Assembly: GCA_043810775.1 (NCBI GenBank)
Contig: JBDRNU010000025.1
Location: forward strand, 32,001 to 96,000
From: an archaeon
GTDB lineage: Archaea > Nanobdellota > Nanobdellia > Pacearchaeales > GW2011-AR1
Reading direction: 5' to 3'
DNA: 64,000 bases
This document shows, in pieces, positions 28,212 through 37,375 of the stretch (position 1 is the stretch's first letter; each line of letters begins with the position of its first letter). The notes under the pieces are model-generated. The model saw only the letters and a program-made list of their open reading frames with translations, was not told the DNA's origin and made no database searches. The position numbers and the translations under genes were made by a program.

Positions 28212-29957
28212 TTACTTGTTTTTTCCTTTAATCTTTCTTACAGTGCCATGATTCATTCTTAGCTCGAGTTCATCTCCGTTTTTCAGTACTTTTGTGGCTA
28301 TTTTTGTGCCTATTATGCAAGGTTTATTCATTTCTCGAGAGACTATAGCTGCATGGCTTGTAATCCCCCCTATATCAGTTATTACTGCTCTTGCTTTTCT
28401 CATTAGTTGGACAAAATCTGGACGAGTCATTGGAGTAATTAGAATTTCATCTTCTGAAATTGTTTCTTTATAGGGATTTAAAATTACTTTAGCTTTTCCT
28501 AAAATAATTGGATTTTCACCTCTACAAGCTATGATTCCTTGGAAATTTTCTGTTTCAGAATGTGAATTTTCTTTTAAGAGTATATTTTTAATTGGAATTA
28601 CATCATTTCCTGTAAAAAAGCTAATCTTATTTTTATTTTGAGATACTATAAAAATACCTTCTCTTCTTTCATTCAGTATATTTATATCAAGGTTTTTTTC
28701 AAGTAAATCTGGGAGTTCACTTATTTTTGCGTAAGATGTTAGTTTTGGTTCTAGTCCTGTTCTTTTTCCAAATTCTTCAAAAAATCTGAACATATGATGC
28801 AGCATCATTAGAACTATCTTTTTTCTTTCGTCTTTTATCCATGTTACATTTTGAATGTGCTGTAGTTCTTGGTCTATTTCTGAAGGTATTTTAAATTGTT
28901 TTATTATATTATTTCTTTTTTCTTTAATTGCTTCTGTATCTTCAAGTTCATTAAGTTCTTTTTTTAAATCAGTTAGGGTAAATTCTTTTAGTGCTCCTTT
29001 TATAAATTCAGTGAATTCTATTATTGAGAGTATTGTCCATTGCCCATATGAATTCTGCACCCAATAATAATTTTGCTGATGCTCTTGTATTGCTCTGAAT
29101 ATTTCTGGATAATTCATTTTTAGTTCTGCTAGATAATCTGCATAAGGTAGATTTTTTATAAGATTTCTTTGACGAGGGCTTTGAAAGTATTTTAAAATTA
29201 ATCTTAGGAAGTCTCTTCTTTCTCTTGCTACAAATGATAATTCAAATGGAAGTGTTAGAGTTGCAAATGATTCTTTTGCTTTTTTTTCATCACCAATTAG
29301 CTTTGTAATTTTTGGCATGTAATAATCATCTAAATAATGATTATATGGTTCAACTACTAGGCCTACTTCCCAGAATTTTCCTAGAACTTTGTTAAATTTA
29401 TTAAATTCTTCAACTAGTGCTTCATTTGATAAAGAATCAATTTTAATGAATTCTAGTCTTTTTAGGAATTTTTCTGTTTTTTCATAAATCTCTTCATATT
29501 CTTTTAAGAAGATTTCAATTTTTTCTGGATCTTCTTTTACTGCTTTTATTTGCGCTTTACAGCTTTCTAGTGATTCTTGGATACTTAGAATTTGTTTCAT
29601 GTAGTCTTTTTCTGTGTAAAATATTGAGTGTGATAAGCAGGGTTTGAAGTATTTTTCAGTGTCTGACATTTTTAAGATTCCTATTTCAAGAGTTAAAGGA
29701 AGGCCTGGAGCTTCGTCTGTCCAGAATTTTTCTGTTTTTATATAATTCATAAACTGGTCTTTATTAATTTCTTCTATTTCTTGTTTTTTATTTAGGAATT
29801 TATCAAGGTCTTGTTTTTTATAACGTCTATCTCCACGATTACCTATTCTAATTGCTTTTAAAATTCCAGAATTATCCCAGTTTCTTAGGGTTATTTTACT
29901 AACTCCAAGTAGTTTAGCTGCTGAACTTATATCAATTAAATCTGTATTTTTAACCAT
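28212..29957 (-). CDS. MerR/Xis-like HTH + unknown domain + swivelling phospho-His (PEP-utilizer mobile) domain
   Basis: N-terminal AAKLLGVSKITLRNWDNSG...GDRRY; C-terminal MTRPDF...TDIGGITSHAAIVSRE..KPCIIGTKIAT. Confidence 0.85.
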   Translation of the reverse strand: MVKNTDLIDISSAAKLLGVSKITLRNWDNSGILKAIRIGNRGDRRYKKQDLDKFLNKKQEIEEINKDQFMNYIKTEKFWTDEAPGLPLTLEIGILKMSDTEKYFKPCLSHSIFYTEKDYMKQILSIQESLESCKAQIKAVKEDPEKIEIFLKEYEEIYEKTEKFLKRLEFIKIDSLSNEALVEEFNKFNKVLGKFWEVGLVVEPYNHYLDDYYMPKITKLIGDEKKAKESFATLTLPFELSFVARERRDFLRLILKYFQSPRQRNLIKNLPYADYLAELKMNYPEIFRAIQEHQQNYYWVQNSYGQWTILSIIEFTEFIKGALKEFTLTDLKKELNELEDTEAIKEKRNNIIKQFKIPSEIDQELQHIQNVTWIKDERKKIVLMMLHHMFRFFEEFGKRTGLEPKLTSYAKISELPDLLEKNLDINILNERREGIFIVSQNKNKISFFTGNDVIPIKNILLKENSHSETENFQGIIACRGENPIILGKAKVILNPYKETISEDEILITPMTRPDFVQLMRKARAVITDIGGITSHAAIVSREMNKPCIIGTKIATKVLKNGDELELRMNHGTVRKIKGKNK

Positions 29958-30035
29958 TTTTAGCTAATTTTGTATATTTAAGTTGATATATATTTATAAT
30001 TAATTATTTATAAATGTTTCGATTTATACGAACTT

Positions 30036-31364
30036 TTAAAGAATCTTTATTACACCAGTATTAGCATCTACTTCAACTTCTTGGCCGTCCTTTAAGACTT
30101 GTGTAGCTATTTTAGTTCCTATAATACAAGGCTTTCTTAGTTCACGAGCTACTATAGCAGCGTGGCAAGTAATTCCACCTTCATCTGTTATTATAGCAGA
30201 AGCTTTTTTACAAGCTGTTATGATATTTGGACGTGTCATTTCACTAACTAAGACGTCTCCTTCTTGCATATTTTTTATTTTTTCCAAGTGATTGTCAGCG
30301 TTTCTATAGGAAAGCACTATAACCTTACCTTTTACTTTTCCTTTGTTTGCTATAGCTCCTTTTAATTCTTTTAAATCTAATTTTACAGATAAACTTTCTT
30401 TAATCTCTTTAGCTTTATTTCCTTCAAGTATATTTATTTCATTATTTTTTAAAATAAATATTGAGCTTTCTTTTCTTTCCTGTAATATGCTTTTTTCAAT
30501 TTTCTTTCCTGTTTCAAGCATTTTAGCTATTTCTTGATAATTGCAAAGTCTAAGCTCTTCTTTTGATATCTTAAGCCTGGTTTTTATTTCTTCTAGGATC
30601 AATTCATTATAATATAGGGCTTGCATCCAGATAAGCCTCATTCTAAATCTTTGCTCAGTTATATTTCTTAAGATATCTGAAATTAATACAGCTTCTCCTG
30701 GAATTTCAGAATTTTGAATTAAGCTCATTCTTTCTTTTTGATCTGCATCCTCTTCTTTGAATAAGACTTTTTTATTAAGATTTTTGTCTATTTTAGCTTC
30801 TTCTGACTTAATTGATTCTGCAAATGATTTTAAGAAAGGATTATTTTTTTCATTAATGATGAATCTCTTTTTAGGAGTAGTCAAAGCAATTATTATTCCA
30901 TCTATATCTTTTATTCCTTGACTGGTTAATAAATCTCTTAATTTTTTTTCTATTTTACTTATATTATGTGGTTGAGTTGCAATGTAGCTTATAAAACACT
31001 CTTTTATTCCCCTTCCAAAAGTATCTAGTAAGTTACTTAACTCTTCATTGCTTATTTCTTTGAAATCTTGTTCAGCTAGTTTTTGCATTTGGGTCACTAT
31101 CGAACTGTAAGCAGTTTTTACTTCTTTTTCAAATTTCTTGAATTTAGTAGTACTTCTGAAAAATTCATATCCTTCATTTTCAGCTTTTTTAAGTTCTTCT
31201 TCTTGAACATAAAATTCAGCATTAAATCCATTACCCCATACTAGTGCTTGGCTTATTCCAAATCCAAATCTTTCTTTTAGTCTTGGACCGTAATTTAGCA
31301 AGATACCATTTAAGTCATAGTAATTCTGATTTTCATCTGCCCACATTAAAATATATTTATTCAT
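30036..31364 (-). CDS. Unknown domain + swivelling phospho-His domain
   Basis: C-terminal TDEGGITCHAAIVARELRKPCIIGT...VEVDANTG. Confidence 0.85.
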   Translation of the reverse strand: MNKYILMWADENQNYYDLNGILLNYGPRLKERFGFGISQALVWGNGFNAEFYVQEEELKKAENEGYEFFRSTTKFKKFEKEVKTAYSSIVTQMQKLAEQDFKEISNEELSNLLDTFGRGIKECFISYIATQPHNISKIEKKLRDLLTSQGIKDIDGIIIALTTPKKRFIINEKNNPFLKSFAESIKSEEAKIDKNLNKKVLFKEEDADQKERMSLIQNSEIPGEAVLISDILRNITEQRFRMRLIWMQALYYNELILEEIKTRLKISKEELRLCNYQEIAKMLETGKKIEKSILQERKESSIFILKNNEINILEGNKAKEIKESLSVKLDLKELKGAIANKGKVKGKVIVLSYRNADNHLEKIKNMQEGDVLVSEMTRPNIITACKKASAIITDEGGITCHAAIVARELRKPCIIGTKIATQVLKDGQEVEVDANTGVIKIL

Positions 31365-32112
31365 TTTGTCCTCTTTCTGTATATTCTCTGCATCTAGCTC
31401 TTACTTTATTATCGCTTTCTTGCACATATGCACTCCATTTTTCATAATTTAGATACTTCAGTCTTCTTATACCTGAATAAGCATCTGCCCAGATTCTTTC
31501 ACCCAATTTTCTTCCTTGAACTATAAGTTCGTGAGCTTCTTGATCTCTAGCTGCTTTATCTCCAGCACGGTATTCCCATCCATTCATTGAATAGTATCTT
31601 GCATCTGCAGGTTTAAGGTCTTCTGGAGTTTTTCCTTGTTTTTTAGGAATAACTACTCTATTTACAAAGTCATTAGGGACTTCTGTGTCATCCATATCTT
31701 TTCCATAAACTTTATGTGTGAATTTTGTTCCTTCAAGAACTGTTTTGTATTTTCTTCCTTTTCTTTGACCTGCTTGTTTTTGATATTCTCCAAGAATATG
31801 TGTGTCTACTGCATAAACTTTATCAGCTTGTCTTAATTTTTCTCTTGTTGAAGCTTTTCTACCAGTATTCCTAAGGGCCTCTATGTCTAAGTTATATCTA
31901 CCTATACTTTCTTCTAAAGCTTGAATATGCTTATCTTCAATAGGATGGTTTTCTTTATTTCCTATATAGTCTGGATGACCCATGCCTTCGGCTGTAATCT
32001 CTAATTCACCTAAATGTGCTAGTTCATCTATTCTAGTCTGAGCTATAGCAGCAAGAGTTGTCCCTCTCCTACCCCCATAACATCCGACCAGAGCTTTGTA
32101 TTTGTTTTTCAT
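31357..32112 (-). CDS. Divergent LMW-PTP/arsenate-reductase-fold protein
   Basis: ALVGCYGGRRGTTLA P-loop-like start, EITAEG, HPIED..IQAL and LRQADKVYAVD follow the LMW-PTP pattern, but the CX5R motif is non-canonical. Confidence 0.5.
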   Translation of the reverse strand: MKNKYKALVGCYGGRRGTTLAAIAQTRIDELAHLGELEITAEGMGHPDYIGNKENHPIEDKHIQALEESIGRYNLDIEALRNTGRKASTREKLRQADKVYAVDTHILGEYQKQAGQRKGRKYKTVLEGTKFTHKVYGKDMDDTEVPNDFVNRVVIPKKQGKTPEDLKPADARYYSMNGWEYRAGDKAARDQEAHELIVQGRKLGERIWADAYSGIRRLKYLNYEKWSAYVQESDNKVRARCREYTERGQNE

Positions 32113-32223
32113 TTTATTTTTATACCTCTTAATAATAGTAACATCTTTATATATTTAAAAGCTTTTCCTTGTTTTTTGTGAATTATAGGGAAAGTTTATA
32201 TAGTATTCCATATTTTAACAATT

Positions 32224-33204
32224 ATGATAGATATTGATGTAAAAGATAGGAAAATATTGTATTATCTTTCCCAAGATGGAAGAGCTAGTAATACTCATCT
32301 TTCAAAGAAAGTTGGGTTGAGTAAAAATGCTGTTGCATATAGAATTGAGAGACTGAAAAAATTAAAAGTTATAAAACACTTTGCTTCAATTGTAAATCTT
32401 GGAAGCTTAAATTTCACTACTTTTACTGTTTTGTTAAAGTTTAATGAGGATATATATGAAAATAGTTCTATTATTGAGTATTTTAAAAGCCATGATTATG
32501 TTGATTGGATGGTCAGCTTGTCTGGGCAGTGGGACCTTTTTATTGAGTTTGTTTCCAGGGATTTTAACCATTTGACTGAGATAATAGAGGAAATTATAAG
32601 TTATTTTAAAGATACGCTTGAAACTTATGAGTTATCTTATTCTAGGGTGACTTTAAGAGTTGAGCATCTTGTAAAGGATTTTTACCAGGACTTAAAACTC
32701 AGTCCTATTAAGACTAGTGAGAGAACTAAGCAGATCTTTAAGCTAGATAAGATTGATAAGCAGATACTAGAAGTTCTAAATAAAGATTCTTCTCTTCCTT
32801 ATCTTAGTATTGCTGAGAAATTAAAGACCAGTATTGATGTTGTGAGATATAGGATTAGTAATTTAGTTAGTAAAGGAGTGATAGTTAAATTTTTCCCAGA
32901 AATATCCCTTCCCAAGTTAGGTTATACTGAGTATTTGTATAGTTTAAGATTAAAGAACTTATCTTCTGAAAAATTTAGGGATATTCAGAATGATATAAAA
33001 AATAATAACAATATAACTTATGCGTTTGTAGATAGTGTTAGTTTAAGGATTATTTTTGTCTGTGCATTTAAATCTCCAGAAGCTATAGATCATTTATCCA
33101 GAGGCTTAAGAAAAAAGTATATGGGCAGTATAGATAAACAGGAGTATCTTATAATTAAGGAACAGATGCTGTTTAATTTATTTCCCAGGGGATTAACTAA
33201 ATAA
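32224..33204 (+). CDS. Tandem-duplicated Lrp/AsnC-family regulator
   Basis: Two Lrp HTHs: DVKDRKILYYLSQDGR...YRIERL and LDKIDKQILEVLNKDS...YRISNL. Confidence 0.88.
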   Translation: MIDIDVKDRKILYYLSQDGRASNTHLSKKVGLSKNAVAYRIERLKKLKVIKHFASIVNLGSLNFTTFTVLLKFNEDIYENSSIIEYFKSHDYVDWMVSLSGQWDLFIEFVSRDFNHLTEIIEEIISYFKDTLETYELSYSRVTLRVEHLVKDFYQDLKLSPIKTSERTKQIFKLDKIDKQILEVLNKDSSLPYLSIAEKLKTSIDVVRYRISNLVSKGVIVKFFPEISLPKLGYTEYLYSLRLKNLSSEKFRDIQNDIKNNNNITYAFVDSVSLRIIFVCAFKSPEAIDHLSRGLRKKYMGSIDKQEYLIIKEQMLFNLFPRGLTK

Positions 33205-34932
33205 TTATTTTATGACTTTTATTAGCCCGTGATGCATTCTTATTTCAATTTCTTGACCTGATTGAAGAACTTTTGTAGCATTTTTAGTGCCTATAATGCA
33301 TGGTTTGTTCATTTCTCTTGAAACTATAGCTGCATGACAAGTTATTCCACCTTCATCTGTAATTACTGCTCTTGCTTTTCTCATTAGTGGGACGAAATCA
33401 GGACGAGTCATACTAGTAACTAGTATTTCATCTTCTGAAATTGTTTCTTTGTTAGGGTTGAGAATTACTTTTACTTTCCCCCGTATAATTGGTTCGCTGC
33501 CCCTACATGCGACGTTTCCCTCTATTTCATATACAGTCTTAGTCTCAATATTTTTTGAGACTAGTTTTTTAAATTCTAGAAATTCATTTCCTACTAGTAT
33601 GCTGAATTTGTTTGGTTTTTGAGATATAAACGAGCAGCCATTACGCCTTTGCTGTAAAGTGGAAATTGGCATTGAATTTTGGAGTATAAGGGGGATTTCT
33701 TCTGTTTTTGCATATCCTATTAGTTTTTCATTAATTCCTGTTCTTCTTGCAAATTCTTCTATAAATCCGTGTATATTATGTAGATATATTAAAATAACTC
33801 TTTTTCTATCATCTTTAATCCATGTAATATTTTTTATATATTCTAACTCCTTTACTACTTTTTCAGGGATTTTTAATTCTTTAATTAGCTCTTCTTGTTC
33901 TTTTTTAAGAGCATCAAAATTTGTTATTTTGTCTAGTTCTTGTCTAGCTTGTTCAATTGTAGATTCTTTTATAGAGTCCCTTAAAATATTCAGAAAATCA
34001 GTTACTTGCAAAATTGTTCTATCTAGATAATTGTTTTGAACCCAAAAAAATTCTCTTTGGTGTTTTAAAAGAGCTTCAAAGAATTTGGGTTCGTTAATTT
34101 TTATATATGTTAAGAAATCTTCGTTTGAATCATTCATAATTTTTTTTCTTTTTTTATTATTGTTTAGATATTTTATAATCATATTTAGAAGGCTTTTTCT
34201 TTCTTCAGCTGTGAATGAGGACTTTGTTGGAAGAGTCAGCAATGAAAAAGCATGTCTTGCTTTTTTCTTGTCACTTGCTTTTTTCTCAAAATCTAGGTAA
34301 TAAAGGTCTGTAAATGGGTCGTGTGATTCAACAAGTAAATTAATATTCCAAAATTCAATTAAAGGCTTGTTAAATAAATTAAATTCTTTTAATAGTTCTT
34401 CTGTTGAAAGTTCTTTGAGTCTAATAAATTCTAAACGAGTCATTGCTGTTTCAAATTTTTTAGATCGCTTAGCCCATTCTTTAAAGAAATTTTCTATTTT
34501 TTTTGGATTTTTATTTACTGCTTCAAACTGGGCCCTACAATTTTCAATAGATTCTGATAAACTTAAAGATTGGATTATAAAATCATTTTCTGATAAATGT
34601 GGGTAGAAGGTTACTCCTGGTTTAAACCAATTTTCCATTTTAGCGCCCTCTTTAATTCCTAGTTCTGCTGTAATAGGGAGTCCTGGAAGTTCTTGAAACC
34701 AGAAATCATTGTGTTTTACCCAGTTCCAGAAGAATTCTTTGTCAATTTCTGGACATTTTTCCTTATTTAAAAGCTTGTTTATATCCTCTTTTTTATAACG
34801 TCTATCTCCACGATTACCTATTCTTACTGCTTTTAAAGTCCCAGAATTATCCCAGTTTCTAAGGGTTTTCTTACTAATCCCTAGCTGTTCTGCAGCTGTA
34901 TTTATTCCAACTAATTCTTCATTTTTAGCCAT
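33205..34932 (-). CDS. MerR/Xis-like HTH + unknown domain + swivelling phospho-His domain (close paralog of 28212-29957)
   Basis: AAEQLGISKKTLRNWDNSG...GDRRY; TDEGGITCHAAIVSRE. Confidence 0.85.
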   Translation of the reverse strand: MAKNEELVGINTAAEQLGISKKTLRNWDNSGTLKAVRIGNRGDRRYKKEDINKLLNKEKCPEIDKEFFWNWVKHNDFWFQELPGLPITAELGIKEGAKMENWFKPGVTFYPHLSENDFIIQSLSLSESIENCRAQFEAVNKNPKKIENFFKEWAKRSKKFETAMTRLEFIRLKELSTEELLKEFNLFNKPLIEFWNINLLVESHDPFTDLYYLDFEKKASDKKKARHAFSLLTLPTKSSFTAEERKSLLNMIIKYLNNNKKRKKIMNDSNEDFLTYIKINEPKFFEALLKHQREFFWVQNNYLDRTILQVTDFLNILRDSIKESTIEQARQELDKITNFDALKKEQEELIKELKIPEKVVKELEYIKNITWIKDDRKRVILIYLHNIHGFIEEFARRTGINEKLIGYAKTEEIPLILQNSMPISTLQQRRNGCSFISQKPNKFSILVGNEFLEFKKLVSKNIETKTVYEIEGNVACRGSEPIIRGKVKVILNPNKETISEDEILVTSMTRPDFVPLMRKARAVITDEGGITCHAAIVSREMNKPCIIGTKNATKVLQSGQEIEIRMHHGLIKVIK

Positions 34933-35024
34933 TTTTTAATAATTTTAGCTTTTTTAGTTGGAATTAGTTGACCTTTGCATTTATAAATGTTTCGGTTAAA
35001 GGGTATTTAAAAAGAAGTTAGGGA

Positions 35025-36686
35025 CTACTTTTCTAGAATCCTAATTACTCCGTGATTTGCATCTACTTCAACTAAGTCACCTGTTTTTATTGTCCTAGTA
35101 GCAGATTTTGTACCTACTATGCATGGAACTCCAAGCTCGCGAGAAACAATAGCAGCATGGCAAGTAATTCCTCCTTCATCTGTGACTAGGGCAGAGGCTT
35201 TTTTCATAGCTGGTAGAAAGTCAGGAGTAGTCATACCTGTAATTAGTATCTGGCCTGGTTTTATTTTATGAGTATTAGCTAGAGTAATAGCTACAAAAGC
35301 TTCTCCAACTACTTTTCCAGGTGAAGCACTAATACCTTGCAGATCTTTTACATCTCCAATATGATCTCCCAAGATTTTTTCATGCTCTTTTGAGGCATGA
35401 ATTCCACTCCAGGTGGAGATTTTTCCATTGTTGTTAAAATAAAGAAAGTGTTCTTTTCTCTGGTTTATTTCGTTTTCATTTAACTCACCTTTTTGCAGTA
35501 TTGAAATTATTTCTTCAGGGAGACACCAATCTAGTAGTGATGCATGAACTTTTGAGCGTTTTGAGATTTCATCAAGAATCTGAAATTCATAATAATTGTA
35601 CTTCATCTGAACTTCTTTTCTAAAATCATGATAAATAAACAGCCTATCTAGGATTCTTAGGTATTCTGCAAGCTCTTTATCTTTTGATAAGTTATACTCC
35701 TTTTCAACAGCATTTTTTTCCTTTTTTGCTTTTTCTTTGTATTTTTGAATTTCATCAAGCTCATTTTGCACTTCTTTTTCTGATTTTTTATTACTTTTAA
35801 TTTCTGAGTCAAAGTATGAAAAATCTTTTCCTTTTTCTCTAGGCCAACCTAAATTTGTCCACCAGAATAGTTCAACTAGTTTTTGTATTCTTGCTTTAAA
35901 TTCTTGTGAACTATTAATAATTCTCCCAGATTTTAAATCTTTAATAGTTTCTAAAACCATTTTTCTTTCATCATTTAGATAAGAAAGCTGGCTTGGCATT
36001 GTAGATATATTATAAATTCTGATAAATTCTCTTTCAGTGTATTTCTCTTTTAGTTTGTTTTTTAAGATGTTCTTAATTTTTTCATTTATATCAATTGCCA
36101 GACTTTCATCAGTTCCATCAATTGCCATAACTATGCTATAAAATTCATAAATAATTTGAGCGAATTTTTTATAATGTAAAGCTAGTTCTGAGGTTTTCAT
36201 TTTTTCAACTTTTTCTTTAGGAGTGTTTTTAATAAATGCTAGAAGCTCTGCTGATTTTTCATCCCATGATTTGAAGAAATTGTTTTCAAAATCTTTTGAG
36301 CTTAGGAATTTTTCAATTACTTTTTTACCTATTTCATACAAATTATTTTTATCATAGTACCAGAACAAGGTGCTATTTTCAAAGTAATTCATTAAATATT
36401 TAGCATTAATATCAAAATATTTTTTAATCCCACTTCTTAACGCTTCTAGTGGGTGTATTGATTGATGATAGCTTGTACCGCTTCGAATATATTCTAGCCA
36501 TTCTATCTTCTTTTGTTTTGATTTTTCTAAGAATTCTAGGAGGTCTTGTTCTCTGTACTTTCTATCTCCTCTTGCACCTACTCTTACTGCTTTAAGCTTT
36601 CCCTCTCGATCCCATTTTCTTAAAGTTATGGGTTTGATGCCTAGCTTTTTAGCTGCTTCTTGTAAATTTAGTAGATTTTCAGCCAT
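35025..36686 (-). CDS. MerR/Xis-like HTH + unknown domain + swivelling phospho-His domain
   Basis: EAAKKLGIKPITLRKWDREG...GDRKY; TDEGGITCHAAIVSRE. Confidence 0.85.
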   Translation of the reverse strand: MAENLLNLQEAAKKLGIKPITLRKWDREGKLKAVRVGARGDRKYREQDLLEFLEKSKQKKIEWLEYIRSGTSYHQSIHPLEALRSGIKKYFDINAKYLMNYFENSTLFWYYDKNNLYEIGKKVIEKFLSSKDFENNFFKSWDEKSAELLAFIKNTPKEKVEKMKTSELALHYKKFAQIIYEFYSIVMAIDGTDESLAIDINEKIKNILKNKLKEKYTEREFIRIYNISTMPSQLSYLNDERKMVLETIKDLKSGRIINSSQEFKARIQKLVELFWWTNLGWPREKGKDFSYFDSEIKSNKKSEKEVQNELDEIQKYKEKAKKEKNAVEKEYNLSKDKELAEYLRILDRLFIYHDFRKEVQMKYNYYEFQILDEISKRSKVHASLLDWCLPEEIISILQKGELNENEINQRKEHFLYFNNNGKISTWSGIHASKEHEKILGDHIGDVKDLQGISASPGKVVGEAFVAITLANTHKIKPGQILITGMTTPDFLPAMKKASALVTDEGGITCHAAIVSRELGVPCIVGTKSATRTIKTGDLVEVDANHGVIRILEK

Positions 36687-36741
36687 TTTAACTTGTTATA
36701 AGTTATTATAAGTATATATAAATCTTTTGGTTAAAGGGTAT

Positions 36742-37338
36742 TTACATTGATGAAATTATTTCATCAGAATTAGAGATAATACAAATATTTGGAAAGATAT
36801 TTTTTATAACAAAGTCGTGCAGTTCCTGGCTCATACTTGCGCAGCAGTCTTCTACAACTATGACTTGATGGTTTTCATCTGCAGCTCTTCGTGCAACTGC
36901 TTCAACTACCCAGTTTGTTGCTACTCCTGTTAAAAGTAGTGTTTGTATGCCTTGAATTTGCTTTTCAAAATCAGGGTTTGTGTATGGGCTTATTCTTGAT
37001 TTTGAGATTACTGGTTCATTATCAAGAGGTTTTAGCTCTTCGTGGATTTCAGCTCCCCAGGTCCCTTTTAACATAGCTTTGAATTGGGGAGTCATTTTTT
37101 GAAGTGGCTCAAAGCTGGATTCAACTTCTGGGTAGCCTTCAGTGTATTCTACTTTTACAAAAACTACTTTTACTCCTAAAGAGCGAGCTTTTTCAAGTAG
37201 TTTCTTTGTGTTTTGTATGGCATTCTGCTTTTTTGCGTGTTCCATAATGCCCATTCCAGCTACTTTGCCTTTTTCGTGGATCATGTCATTTTGCATATCT
37301 AGAACCAATAGAGCTGTATTTTCTTTATTTACTTCCAT
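36742..37338 (-). CDS. Isochorismatase-family cysteine hydrolase
   Basis: ALLVLDMQND, GTWGAEI, VISKSR, TGVATNWVVE and VEDCCAS; the usual catalytic Cys position reads WV, so activity may be atypical. Confidence 0.85.
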   Translation of the reverse strand: MEVNKENTALLVLDMQNDMIHEKGKVAGMGIMEHAKKQNAIQNTKKLLEKARSLGVKVVFVKVEYTEGYPEVESSFEPLQKMTPQFKAMLKGTWGAEIHEELKPLDNEPVISKSRISPYTNPDFEKQIQGIQTLLLTGVATNWVVEAVARRAADENHQVIVVEDCCASMSQELHDFVIKNIFPNICIISNSDEIISSM

Positions 37339-37375
37339 AAATTTTAAATAGATTTAGATTATTTAAGTTTTTCGA

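Noticed and set aside
28212-36686. N-terminal HTHs as IS607 transposase remnants
   Set aside because: No serine-recombinase domain, TnpB or IS ends; the HTHs are fused in frame in three intact genes.
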